Source: Candidatus Caenarcanales bacterium (lineage in GTDB: Bacteria; Cyanobacteriota; Vampirovibrionia; Caenarcaniphilales; Caenarcanaceae). From it: a DNA stretch of 64,000 nucleotides. The DNA lies in contig JBGSRC010000001.1 in NCBI GenBank assembly GCA_041737745.1, positions 18,866 through 82,865 on the forward strand. Direction: 5' to 3'. Both the position numbers and the translations under genes were made by a program. This document shows, one piece after another, positions 30,505-39,365 of this stretch (position 1 is the stretch's first letter; each line of letters starts with the position of its first letter). Below the pieces are notes generated by a model. It had not been told where the DNA came from. It was given only the letters and a program-made list of their open reading frames with translations, and ran no database searches.

Positions 30505-31931
30505 TTTACTGACTCCTCCACCCGACCATAAGAGTCGGCTAAGCGGACTATATCGTCTTCGCCCAGATAGGCTCCTGTTTGCACTTCGATGATCTGCAAA
30601 TCAATCAGTCCCGGATTGCTGAGCCGATGCACAGCCCCAAGCGGAATATAAACAGACTCGCCTTCGGCTAGCATGCTGGTTTTTTCGTCTACTTCTACTT
30701 TTGCCGTGCCCGAGATCACCACCCAGTGCTCGGAGCGATGGTAATGCTTTTGGAGAGAAAGTATTCCACCAGGCTTAACCAGTATGCGTTTCACCTGAAA
30801 ACGGTGCCCTTGTTGGAGCGTCTCATAATGCCCCCATGGACGCCTAACCACAGCGTGATCGACTCCTAAGAGCGGTCTTTTACTGGCTACTAGATCTACC
30901 AATTGGCGCAATTCTTGGTCTTGGTCTTTGCGGCCAATGAAGATGCAATCACTGGTTTCCGCAATCACCAAATCTTCCAGTCCAAGAGCGGCCACCGCTC
31001 GTCCTTCTGCCCAAAAGATATTTCCTTTGCAGCCGAGCGTATAGACTTCGCCCCGAATGTGATTTTCGTTTTCGTCTTTGTTTCCGACTTCCCAGAGCGC
31101 TTTCCAAGTGCCTAGATCATTCCAATGCCCTTTGTATTCCACCACTGAGCCCAGTTTTGTTTTTTCCATCACCGCTTTGTCAAAAGGCAGTGGATCGAAG
31201 TTCACCTCGCTCAAATCAGGCAAGACCCGAAACCCTAAATCTTCAGTGATGGCGGCGTGCATAGAGCGAGCGCTAGCGAGCATCTCTGGACACAAAACTT
31301 CTAGTTCAGCTAAGAGACTTTCTGCTTGAAAGATAAAAGCGCCCATATTCCAGAGACAGTCATTGCCTGCTATCAGCGCGCTAGCTAGCTCTGGATTTGG
31401 CTTTTCAATGAACTGAACAATCTCAGAGATTGGTTCTTGGTCTGCTCTTTGGATATAGCCGTAACCGCTTGCATTGCTGCTGGGCAAAACGCCCAGAGTC
31501 ACTATCCGTCCCTTACTTGCCCCTTGTACGGCCAATTGAAGGGCTTCAGCGAAAGCGGCCTCGTCAGAGATGAACTGATCGGCTGGCAAAATAGCGACTA
31601 CAGTGTTGGGAGCTAGGCGAGCGGCTTCGAGCGCCCCAATGGCACAGGCAAAAGCTGTTCCCAGTGCAGACTTTTCTAAAACAAGTGTGACCGAGGAGCT
31701 GAGTTGGTCTTGGACTGTGAAGCGATGAGCAAAGCTAGCAAGCACAATGGGTCTGAGAGCTTCTGGCAGGGCAGAAAGCCTGTCGCTAGTTGCTTGAAGA
31801 GGGGTCTTACTGCCTAGCAGTTCATTGAGTTGCTTGGGGTGATTCTTGCGCGAAAGCGGCCAGAGCCGGATGCCGGAGCCACCTGAGAGAATAATCGGTT
31901 GAAAGGGAATTGCGTCCATGAGACTTCTCAT
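30501..31931 (-). CDS. manC: Mannose-1-phosphate guanylyltransferase / mannose-6-phosphate isomerase (bifunctional ManC type)
   Basis: N-terminal nucleotidyltransferase (ILSGGSGIRLWPLSR) plus a C-terminal cupin PMI domain. 476 aa. Confidence 0.75.
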   Translation of the reverse strand: MRSLMDAIPFQPIILSGGSGIRLWPLSRKNHPKQLNELLGSKTPLQATSDRLSALPEALRPIVLASFAHRFTVQDQLSSSVTLVLEKSALGTAFACAIGALEAARLAPNTVVAILPADQFISDEAAFAEALQLAVQGASKGRIVTLGVLPSSNASGYGYIQRADQEPISEIVQFIEKPNPELASALIAGNDCLWNMGAFIFQAESLLAELEVLCPEMLASARSMHAAITEDLGFRVLPDLSEVNFDPLPFDKAVMEKTKLGSVVEYKGHWNDLGTWKALWEVGNKDENENHIRGEVYTLGCKGNIFWAEGRAVAALGLEDLVIAETSDCIFIGRKDQDQELRQLVDLVASKRPLLGVDHAVVRRPWGHYETLQQGHRFQVKRILVKPGGILSLQKHYHRSEHWVVISGTAKVEVDEKTSMLAEGESVYIPLGAVHRLSNPGLIDLQIIEVQTGAYLGEDDIVRLADSYGRVEESVK

Positions 31932-33040
31932 TTTAGATCGCCCTCGCTGATTTTCTGGAGATAATTTAGCGGGATTTTTGCATAGCTTGGTCTATAAATC
32001 TTCTCGTACTCTAGCTCATAAAGCGCTTTTGTGATTTCAAAAAACAACAACAAATCTTTCTCGAAGTGAGCTAGAGCGCTCGGAATAGTCCTAAAGTAAG
32101 CCTCAAGAAAAACTTCTCGCCAGCGAGGGAGCTTGCTTGTTTGCTCTGTCAGCTGCACTAAATAATCCAGTGAACGCAGCATGCCTGCTAGATCGCGGAG
32201 TGGAGAAGATTTTGTGCGTCTTTGGGCTGTGCTGGCTAGTGGCTCTCCTTCGAAGTCTATGAGCCAGAGAGAATTGTTAGCTGATTTCAAGACTTGACCG
32301 AGATGATAGTCTCCATGCACTCTGATCAGTGTGTGTTTATCAGCTTTGCTTTTCTCTAGCAGAGACAGGGCGAATGTCTTTGTCTTCTCAGTCCTTTCGT
32401 CTTGGAAATTTTCTAGGTTAGCCTCTAGCTCCCCAAAGTAAGTTGGATTGGCTTTACTGACTGCAAAGCCCACGCCCTCAAGGCTAAGCGTTTGGTGCAG
32501 GAGGGCAGTTTTGTGGCCTAGTTCTTCTAGACTTTCGTCAAGCTGCTGTGTGTTTTGCAGGGCCAAATCCCAGAGACTGGTCCCGCCAAGCACCAGCTCA
32601 AAGACCAAGCCCAAGAGGCCCCATTCAGACTCAAGCACAGCCACTAGCTTGGGGCTAGACTGAAAGTGGTGCGTGTGCAAGTGCAAATTCACCTCTAGCT
32701 CTACGGATTCAGCGCTTGGCTTTGGGTAGTGATAGAGCTTGACAAAAAACTGCTCGCCAAGCAGCAAAGCCGAGTTGCTCTGGTCAAAAACTAGCTCTCT
32801 AAGCGGCAATGCCAGTAGTTTTGTACTCGTGTACTCTGGATCGATGCTTCTCAGCTCTAGCTTTTCAGCTAGCAGGTTTGGGGGACTATGTGAGACCACT
32901 AACTGACCGGCAACCCGAAAAACGCTCAGCCCCACCCCCTCAAAAATCAGCCCAAAATCAGCTGGCATAGCCGACTCTTTCCCCCGAAACCACCGTTTGC
33001 CGCTTAGCTCGGCCCAATGCTCTTCTAGGCTGCGAATCAT
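31928..33040 (-). CDS. mak: Maltokinase (Mak/Pep2-like, aminoglycoside-phosphotransferase fold)
   Basis: HGDYHLGQVL catalytic loop and LIDFEGEP motif. Immediately downstream of glgE. Start set at MIRSLEEHW (33040), overlapping the glgE stop by 4 nt. The ORF extends to 33115. Confidence 0.6.
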   Translation of the reverse strand: MIRSLEEHWAELSGKRWFRGKESAMPADFGLIFEGVGLSVFRVAGQLVVSHSPPNLLAEKLELRSIDPEYTSTKLLALPLRELVFDQSNSALLLGEQFFVKLYHYPKPSAESVELEVNLHLHTHHFQSSPKLVAVLESEWGLLGLVFELVLGGTSLWDLALQNTQQLDESLEELGHKTALLHQTLSLEGVGFAVSKANPTYFGELEANLENFQDERTEKTKTFALSLLEKSKADKHTLIRVHGDYHLGQVLKSANNSLWLIDFEGEPLASTAQRRTKSSPLRDLAGMLRSLDYLVQLTEQTSKLPRWREVFLEAYFRTIPSALAHFEKDLLLFFEITKALYELEYEKIYRPSYAKIPLNYLQKISEGDLK

Positions 33041-34884
33041 TGCCTGTCGATCGAAAAGAGATGAGCTACTTGTCTGGCTGGATCGAGGTGCACAAAGTTT
33101 TGATCGCCATGCCATGTGTACTTTTCGCCAGTCAGCAGGTCTGTGAGCTGATAGGAACTACTCAGATCCAAGCCTAGACTAGATAGTGGCAAGCTTACAG
33201 AGCCTGACTGAGCGTTATGCGGATCGAGATTGATTACGCAGAGCAGGTTTTGCTTGCGGTAGGCGATCAGTTCAGCGTTGTCCGTTGGGCAAAATTCTAG
33301 ATTGTGCATATCTTGGAGCGCTGAGTGAGCTCGTCTGATGCTATTTAGTTTTTGGCAGAGACCTGTGAGCTCAGTGGACTGAGACCAATCACGGGGCTTT
33401 ATTTGGTATTTCTCAGAATCAAGATATTCTTCAGAGCCAGCATGTACGGGCTGGTTTTCCGCTAGCTCATAACCAGCATAAAGGCCATATACGGGCGAGA
33501 GCGTCGCTGCCAAGATTAATCTAATAGCAAAAGCGGCTCTGCCTCCTTCTTGGAGGTACTCGGAGAGAATGTCTGGGGTATTGGTGAAGAAATTTCCCCG
33601 ATAATAATCTTTCATTTCGCTCTTGGTCAGCTCAGTCAGATATTCTTCCAGCTCGTGCTTGGTATTTTTCCAAGTAAAGTATGTATAAGACTGATCGAAA
33701 CCAAGCTTGGCCAGATACTGCATGATGCTCGGTCTAGTGAAGGCTTCAGCCAAAAAGATCACCTCTGGATGCTCTCGCTTGACTTCAGCAATCAACCATT
33801 GCCAAAAGCTAAAAGGCTTGGTGTGCGGATTGTCGACCCGAAAGATAGTCACGCCAAAGCCTATCCAGTGCAGCACTATGCTCTTTAGCTCGTTCCAGAG
33901 CGCTTGCCAGTCCTCGCAGTGAAAATTTAGCGGATAAATATCTTCGTATTTTTTGGGGGGATTTTCGGCTGTTTTGATGATCCCATCAACCGAATATCTG
34001 AACCAGTGAGGCTTCTTGCTTACATAAGGATGATCGGGCGAACATTGGATGGCAAAGTCAAGCGCCACCGCCAGTCCTAGCCGCTTTGCTTCGCTCACAA
34101 AGACCCGAAAGTCCTCTTCTGATCCGAGCTCCTGATGGATCGCTTTGTGGCCACCAGCCTCAGAACCGATTGCCCAAGGTGATCCCGGTTCGCCTTCCTT
34201 GGCGCTGATTGCGTTGTTTTTGCCCTTGCGCTTGGTGAGTCCGATCGGGTGAATGGGGGGAAGATACACTACATCGAAGCCTAGCCGAGCTGCCCGCTCT
34301 AGGCCAGCGACGGACGTCTTGAAAGTGCCATGCGTCTTGGGATCTGACGTCTCAGAGCGAGGAAAGAACTCATACCAAGCCGAAAAGCTAGCCAGCTTCG
34401 CTCCGATCTCGATAATAAAACTTCTCTCGTGTCTTTTTAAAAAGCGCCGCAAAGGCAGAGTTTGGGCGTGAAGTGAAGCAAGTTCCAGATCGTATTCGCT
34501 GGCATCGAGCCCAGCGTCACTAGTTTTTTGTCTATCACGCAAGCAGGTAGCCACTGGGTCAACCCAAGCGAGCACTGCGAACTCAAGTATGGTGATTTCA
34601 TTTGGCAGAACCAGAGACGCTACACGGTTGCCGTTCCAGTCGGGTTCCCCTAGCAGAAGCTCTTGCCAAGGGTTTTCAGAACCGAGCTTGCGGTATAGTA
34701 TTGCGCCAGCGAGCTCTTCGTGTCCGTCTTTCAGTATTCTCGCGCCAAAGTGAAGAAGCTGGCCTTGATTGGCTTTGACCGGATAGAGGCCAGCTTCTAG
34801 GGTTGGCTTTATTGCTTCTATGACGATCGGGTTGAAATATTCTTCCATCGCCAATATTTTAGCTATTTTGCGCTTTGCTAACAT
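33037..34884 (-). CDS. glgE: Alpha-1,4-glucan:maltose-1-phosphate maltosyltransferase GlgE (GH13_3)
   Basis: GH13 catalytic region with the GlgE-characteristic FRVDNPHTKPFSFWQWLIAEVKREHPEVIFLAEAFTRPSIM. 615 aa. Co-operonic with mak. Confidence 0.7.
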   Translation of the reverse strand: MLAKRKIAKILAMEEYFNPIVIEAIKPTLEAGLYPVKANQGQLLHFGARILKDGHEELAGAILYRKLGSENPWQELLLGEPDWNGNRVASLVLPNEITILEFAVLAWVDPVATCLRDRQKTSDAGLDASEYDLELASLHAQTLPLRRFLKRHERSFIIEIGAKLASFSAWYEFFPRSETSDPKTHGTFKTSVAGLERAARLGFDVVYLPPIHPIGLTKRKGKNNAISAKEGEPGSPWAIGSEAGGHKAIHQELGSEEDFRVFVSEAKRLGLAVALDFAIQCSPDHPYVSKKPHWFRYSVDGIIKTAENPPKKYEDIYPLNFHCEDWQALWNELKSIVLHWIGFGVTIFRVDNPHTKPFSFWQWLIAEVKREHPEVIFLAEAFTRPSIMQYLAKLGFDQSYTYFTWKNTKHELEEYLTELTKSEMKDYYRGNFFTNTPDILSEYLQEGGRAAFAIRLILAATLSPVYGLYAGYELAENQPVHAGSEEYLDSEKYQIKPRDWSQSTELTGLCQKLNSIRRAHSALQDMHNLEFCPTDNAELIAYRKQNLLCVINLDPHNAQSGSVSLPLSSLGLDLSSSYQLTDLLTGEKYTWHGDQNFVHLDPARQVAHLFSIDRQ

Positions 34885-34891
34885 AGAGCCT

Positions 34892-36232
34892 ATGGATGGG
34901 GTTTATGAGACTAGTACTATTTTGGCGGAAGCCACACCAGCTGGCGTTGGGGCAGTAAGCATTCTTCGCCTGTCTGGCCCCAAGGCTTTCCGGTTTGCTT
35001 TTGCTTTGACCGGTTTATTAGCATTGCCTGTTGCTTTGCGCCAGCTCGCTTGGCTGTCTGTTGCTGGTGAGCGGATCGATCGGGCTTTAGTGCTTTTTTT
35101 TCCAAATCCAGCTAGTTTCACGGGTGAAGACGTGGTCGAGTTTCATCTTCATGGCAATCCGCTGATAGTTCAGAAAGTAATATGTGCTTGTTTGGGTTTG
35201 GGGGCTGAGCTGGCACGCGCTGGCGAGTTTAGCGAGAGAGCTTTTCTGAACGGCAAACTGGCTCTGCCTGAGGCTGAAGCGATCATGGAACTGATCTCGG
35301 CGCGCAGCGATCTGGGGCTAAAAGCGGCACTGAGAAGTCTAGGCGGTGAGCTAAGCCTTGAACTACTTGCCCTCAGTGATATGGCTATGGGCTTGAAGCT
35401 ACAACAACAGGTCTGTCTGGATTTTCCGCTTGAGTCTGAGGGTCAAGAGCTAGGCTTGCAGGGTTTGCGGTTGAGTTTAATGGAGCTACAAAAAAGACTG
35501 GAGCGCTTGGCTCTAGCTGCCCGCAATCAAGCTTTGCTGCGTCGTGGTCTAAGAGTCACTCTCTGTGGCCGGCCAAATGCGGGAAAGTCCAGTCTCTTCA
35601 ATGCTCTCTTGTCTTATGATCGGGCGCTGGTTTCGCCTCTGGCAGGTACTACACGTGATTATTTGCAAGAAGAAATCTTGCTTGAGGGTTTTCCGGTGCA
35701 GCTTACTGACACAGCTGGTATTTGGGATGAGAGCGAGTCGGCCACTGAGCAAGAAGGCATGGTGCGAGCGAAGCGAGCTATCGGGGCGGCTGATCTGGTT
35801 TTATATATTTATGATGCTAGTTTGGGTTTGACCGGTGAGGAGCAGGCTTTGCTTGATGAGCTCGGTTGTCTGGAAAAGACTTTTCTGGTCGCCAATAAAT
35901 CTGACCTGAGCGGCATTGATTCTGGTGTACTCAGCGTCTCAGCGAAGACTGGGGCAGGTTTGGAGGAACTAAGAGGTGTGCTTGTTTCTAGGTTTTTTGG
36001 AGATCAGATTCCTTTGGGCGAAGAGTGTGCGGTGAATGCTAGGCAAGCTATTTTGGTTGAAGCTGCGCTTGGCTTTACCAGAGAGTGCTTGGATGAGCCT
36101 GACGAAGCGAGGCAGCATTTTTTATTGGAGCAGATAGTGGCTAGTCTAAATACTCTTCGCTTTGGTGGGGAGTCTGGGGGTGGGCATAGAGAAGATGCTG
36201 AGATTTTTCGGAGTTTTTGTTTGGGGAAGTGA
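34892..36232 (+). CDS. mnmE: tRNA modification GTPase MnmE
   Basis: N-terminal TILAEATPAGVGAVSILRLSG, G-domain LCGRPNAGKSSLFNAL...DTAG, C-terminal ...CLGK (the C[IL]GK end). Start at MDGVYE. The ORF begins at 34820, overlapping glgE. Confidence 0.85.
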   Translation: MDGVYETSTILAEATPAGVGAVSILRLSGPKAFRFAFALTGLLALPVALRQLAWLSVAGERIDRALVLFFPNPASFTGEDVVEFHLHGNPLIVQKVICACLGLGAELARAGEFSERAFLNGKLALPEAEAIMELISARSDLGLKAALRSLGGELSLELLALSDMAMGLKLQQQVCLDFPLESEGQELGLQGLRLSLMELQKRLERLALAARNQALLRRGLRVTLCGRPNAGKSSLFNALLSYDRALVSPLAGTTRDYLQEEILLEGFPVQLTDTAGIWDESESATEQEGMVRAKRAIGAADLVLYIYDASLGLTGEEQALLDELGCLEKTFLVANKSDLSGIDSGVLSVSAKTGAGLEELRGVLVSRFFGDQIPLGEECAVNARQAILVEAALGFTRECLDEPDEARQHFLLEQIVASLNTLRFGGESGGGHREDAEIFRSFCLGK

Positions 36233-36246
36233 AGCTACTAAGTTGG

Positions 36247-38160
36247 TTAGTTAGGTGGCAAGGCGAAAGCGGGGCAGGCTGCATTTCTTGGTGCAACAAC
36301 TGTTGTTTCACAAGTAGTAGTAGTGTTGCCCGCTGGGTCGGTAACTGTAACAAGATCTCTTCTGATTGTTTCTCGAAAACAGCCGCATTGCTTGAGATAG
36401 TTACAGTCGATACGGACATTCATTGGGTTGAAGGCCGTATAAGGTGTATTTGACCAGACTTGAGCTACAGTGCTGATCATGGTCGCTGCGTCCACTCGAA
36501 CAAAAAAACCACACGGTTCTGGGTCAGGAGTTCCACCACAATTATCCTCAATGACACAGGATGAAAGCGGACAAGCGCTCAAGTTTGTCGAAAGTATTGC
36601 TGCCTGAAGCTGACCACTGTCTAAAAGCTGATTGCCATAGGAAGCAGTTCTATTACAAATAAGATTGAATTGATTGGAGGGGGTATTTCGGATAGCAACG
36701 ATAGGACCAGCATTATTTGCAGGAGCAGGTGGGGCTGGAAAGTTCACTAGATCGAAAACAGTTCCAGCTCCGGGAAGGGCAACAGGCTGGGCTGGAAACA
36801 TACCGTTGAAGCTAGCAGGCTGGTCAGTGCCATCTGTAGTCAGGATGCGGTTTTGGGTGAGAGGGACACTCACAGAATTGACGTAGTTAGGGCTAGTAGA
36901 TAGGGCTGTGCGGGTGGCAAAGCGAGCACCGACTACGATCAGTGGGTCAAGCGAACCGGCATTGCGGAGATTGCGCACGCCGATCAGCTGAGCTGGACTC
37001 TCTGAACCGGAAGCCAATCCAGCTGGCCCAATACTACCAATCGTTGAATTAAAGCCTCCAGCCACTGCACGAACATATTCAGTTCCTAGGATCGGTATAG
37101 CGTTACCGTTGTATGGAGGCAAAGTGGCAGTACTGATACCGGTGAAGATCGCATTTCGTCTAGGTCTCCCCAAAGTACCGATAGGCGTTCGCAGATAAGA
37201 ACCAGTAGGTGGATGAATGAATTGCGCTTCATCATTGGGACAATTTAGTCCAAGGCATTCTAAATAAGGCACAGGTCCAGCATTGAACTCTACCTGCCCA
37301 TAGGGCTCGCGCCTATCTGGTCCTCCGTCTTGAGAGAGAGATTCTAGATCGTAACTGCGCCCTGTTCCACTATCAAAATTAGCGCCGGGTTCAGAAAGAG
37401 CCGAAGCCGTGGCCTCCAAATAATAACCATTGAAAACTGGGCTGTTTGGATCACCGGAAAAGAAGCGACGAAAAGCGGTAAAGAGACTCTGAGCAAACAT
37501 CGGCCAAGCGGCTGGACTATGAAGCTTCACAAAGTAGCTCACTGTTCTTCTGGCTGGATCAATCACCGCGTAGCAGGCATTGTATTCTCGGATCTCATCA
37601 GCACGTTGAGCAAAGGGTCTTGATTGGCCAGGGTTAGCTGGGTCTGGCTCGACATTAGTCAGTCTAGTACCTCCAGCTCTCAAGCCCGGTACTAGTCCTA
37701 CTATTCCAATACCAGCTGGGAGGGGAACATTGGAAGTGCGCGGTGTTTCGAGGTTCGCTAACTCTTCTATAGAAAGCGGCGGGCCATTGTCGACATTGCC
37801 GCCCGCAGCTGTTTTAGCTGTTCCTTGGCGAGAAACGTTCACGTCGATGATTCCACTTCTGATACCAGTCAGATTCGCCAGAAGAGGGTCACGAAATTCA
37901 TTTCTATATCCCGGTGGCAAAGGGCCAATGGCATTGAAAGCAGCATTGCAGCGACCGCGAAAATCTTCATACGGAAAATTAGGATTATTGGCGGCAGAAC
38001 GAGCAATAAGCTGAGCAGCCGTAAAGAGCGTTGAGCGTTGCATATAGCTATAGGCCAGCTCATAGAAGATCATGAACAAAAAGAAATAAATTAAAATCAA
38101 TAGCGGCAATTGAAAAGTCGTTGAGCCGCGCTTTTTACGTTTAAAATTTTCTGAAATCAT
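36247..38160 (-). CDS. Large hypothetical membrane-anchored/secreted protein with TadE/pilin-like N-terminal segment
   Basis: N-terminus KRGSTTFQLPLLILIYFFLFMIFYELAYSYMQRS resembles TadE/TadG-like prepilin-type hydrophobic segments. The remainder is Pro/Gly/Asn-rich with no known motif. 637 aa. No other tad genes nearby. Confidence 0.35.
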   Translation of the reverse strand: MISENFKRKKRGSTTFQLPLLILIYFFLFMIFYELAYSYMQRSTLFTAAQLIARSAANNPNFPYEDFRGRCNAAFNAIGPLPPGYRNEFRDPLLANLTGIRSGIIDVNVSRQGTAKTAAGGNVDNGPPLSIEELANLETPRTSNVPLPAGIGIVGLVPGLRAGGTRLTNVEPDPANPGQSRPFAQRADEIREYNACYAVIDPARRTVSYFVKLHSPAAWPMFAQSLFTAFRRFFSGDPNSPVFNGYYLEATASALSEPGANFDSGTGRSYDLESLSQDGGPDRREPYGQVEFNAGPVPYLECLGLNCPNDEAQFIHPPTGSYLRTPIGTLGRPRRNAIFTGISTATLPPYNGNAIPILGTEYVRAVAGGFNSTIGSIGPAGLASGSESPAQLIGVRNLRNAGSLDPLIVVGARFATRTALSTSPNYVNSVSVPLTQNRILTTDGTDQPASFNGMFPAQPVALPGAGTVFDLVNFPAPPAPANNAGPIVAIRNTPSNQFNLICNRTASYGNQLLDSGQLQAAILSTNLSACPLSSCVIEDNCGGTPDPEPCGFFVRVDAATMISTVAQVWSNTPYTAFNPMNVRIDCNYLKQCGCFRETIRRDLVTVTDPAGNTTTTCETTVVAPRNAACPAFALPPN

Positions 38161-38286
38161 AAGGGTGCTGGGGAAAGCAAATCTTACCTGTCATATATTA
38201 GATTCCCCAAAAACCAAATAGTTCTGCTGAACTTTGGCGAACTTGTTAGGGGTTATACTAATTTGCAGTAGATTATTTGGTGTGAT

Positions 38287-39072
38287 ATGCCCTTCATCGG
38301 TTTAGTCGGTTGTGGAAATCTTGGTTCAGCTATTCTCGATCGTTGGATCGAGAACGGTGTAGACCCAAGCTTGCTGCGTGTAGTCGACAATCATCCCGAA
38401 AAAGTCGCCAAACATAATTTCAAAGTTTCCAGCCTCAGTGAGCTTGAGGGAGTCGACGTGCTGGTGATCGCAGTGAAACCCTGGAATGTCTTAGAGATGC
38501 TCGCCCAAGTGAATCTCGATCCAGACACGGTGATCGTCTCGATGGCGGCGGGGATCGGCATTAAGAATATAGCAGCTACTTTGCAAAACCCTCAGCAGCC
38601 CATTTGTCGGGTGATGCCAAACATAGGGGTGCGTGTTGGTGCTGGTGTGCTTGCACTAGCCTTCAATGATTTCGCCATTGCTGAGCATAGACAAAACGTC
38701 AAAGATATTTTGAAGCCTCTTGGAAAGACTCTTGAGCTAAAAGAAAAAGACTTTGATGCAGTGACTGCTTTGGCTGGGAGCGGACCGGCCTTCATTTCTA
38801 TTTTCTTTGAATCATTAATTATGGGTGGTATTGCGGGAGGATTATCGGCGGAGAATTCGCGCACTTTGGCGCTTGAGACCGTTGAGGCTACTTTGCGTCT
38901 CTGTGCTGCTGGGGTGAGTTTTCAGGAGATTCAGTTTTCGGTCAGTTCGCCTGCGGGCACTACGATAGCCGGACTAGAGGCTCTTGAGCGTTCTGGGTTT
39001 CGGGGGCATATCATTGAGTGTTTGCGTTTGGCCAGCAATAGAGCGGCTGAGCTTGGTCGTGAGTCTGTTTAG
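38287..39072 (+). CDS. proC: Pyrroline-5-carboxylate reductase
   Basis: N-terminal Rossmann (IGLVGCGNLGSAI), C-terminal P5CR dimerisation motif (SSPAGTTIAGLEALE). 261 aa. Confidence 0.8.
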   Translation: MPFIGLVGCGNLGSAILDRWIENGVDPSLLRVVDNHPEKVAKHNFKVSSLSELEGVDVLVIAVKPWNVLEMLAQVNLDPDTVIVSMAAGIGIKNIAATLQNPQQPICRVMPNIGVRVGAGVLALAFNDFAIAEHRQNVKDILKPLGKTLELKEKDFDAVTALAGSGPAFISIFFESLIMGGIAGGLSAENSRTLALETVEATLRLCAAGVSFQEIQFSVSSPAGTTIAGLEALERSGFRGHIIECLRLASNRAAELGRESV

Positions 39073-39077
39073 ACAAA

Positions 39078-39345
39078 GCTAGCGCCCTCAAACTCCCTCT
39101 CTGAGTCTAGTGATCAGTGAAAAATAAATTCGTTTACTTGAAAAAAGGGGGTTTGGGGGCTTCGCCCCCAAGGAGAAAAACTCTCCCCCTTCTTGGGAAG
39201 GGGGCTGGGGGTTGGGTAAAAAGCTTGAAAATCACTATAGGTCTGGGAGATCTTAACTATGAGGGCTGGCGCCCTCAAACTCGCCTCTGAGACTTAGAGC
39301 AGTGAAAAAGAAATTCGTCTTCTTGTAAAAAAGGGGGGATGGGTA
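39078..39345. repeat. Cluster of G-tract palindromic repeat elements, including two copies of a ~75 bp unit
   Basis: Copy 1 at 39078..39150 and copy 2 at 39263..39340 (GCGCCCTCAAACTC.CTCTCTGAG.CTAG...CAGTGAAAAA.AAATTCGT.T.CTTG.AAAAAAGGGGG). Between them lie the palindromes GGGGGTTTGGGGGCTTCGCCCCCAAGG (39146..39172) and CCCCCTTCTTGGGAAGGGGG (39185..39204). Confidence 0.8.
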
Positions 39346-39365
39346 TAGAAAATCTGCAAAAATCT

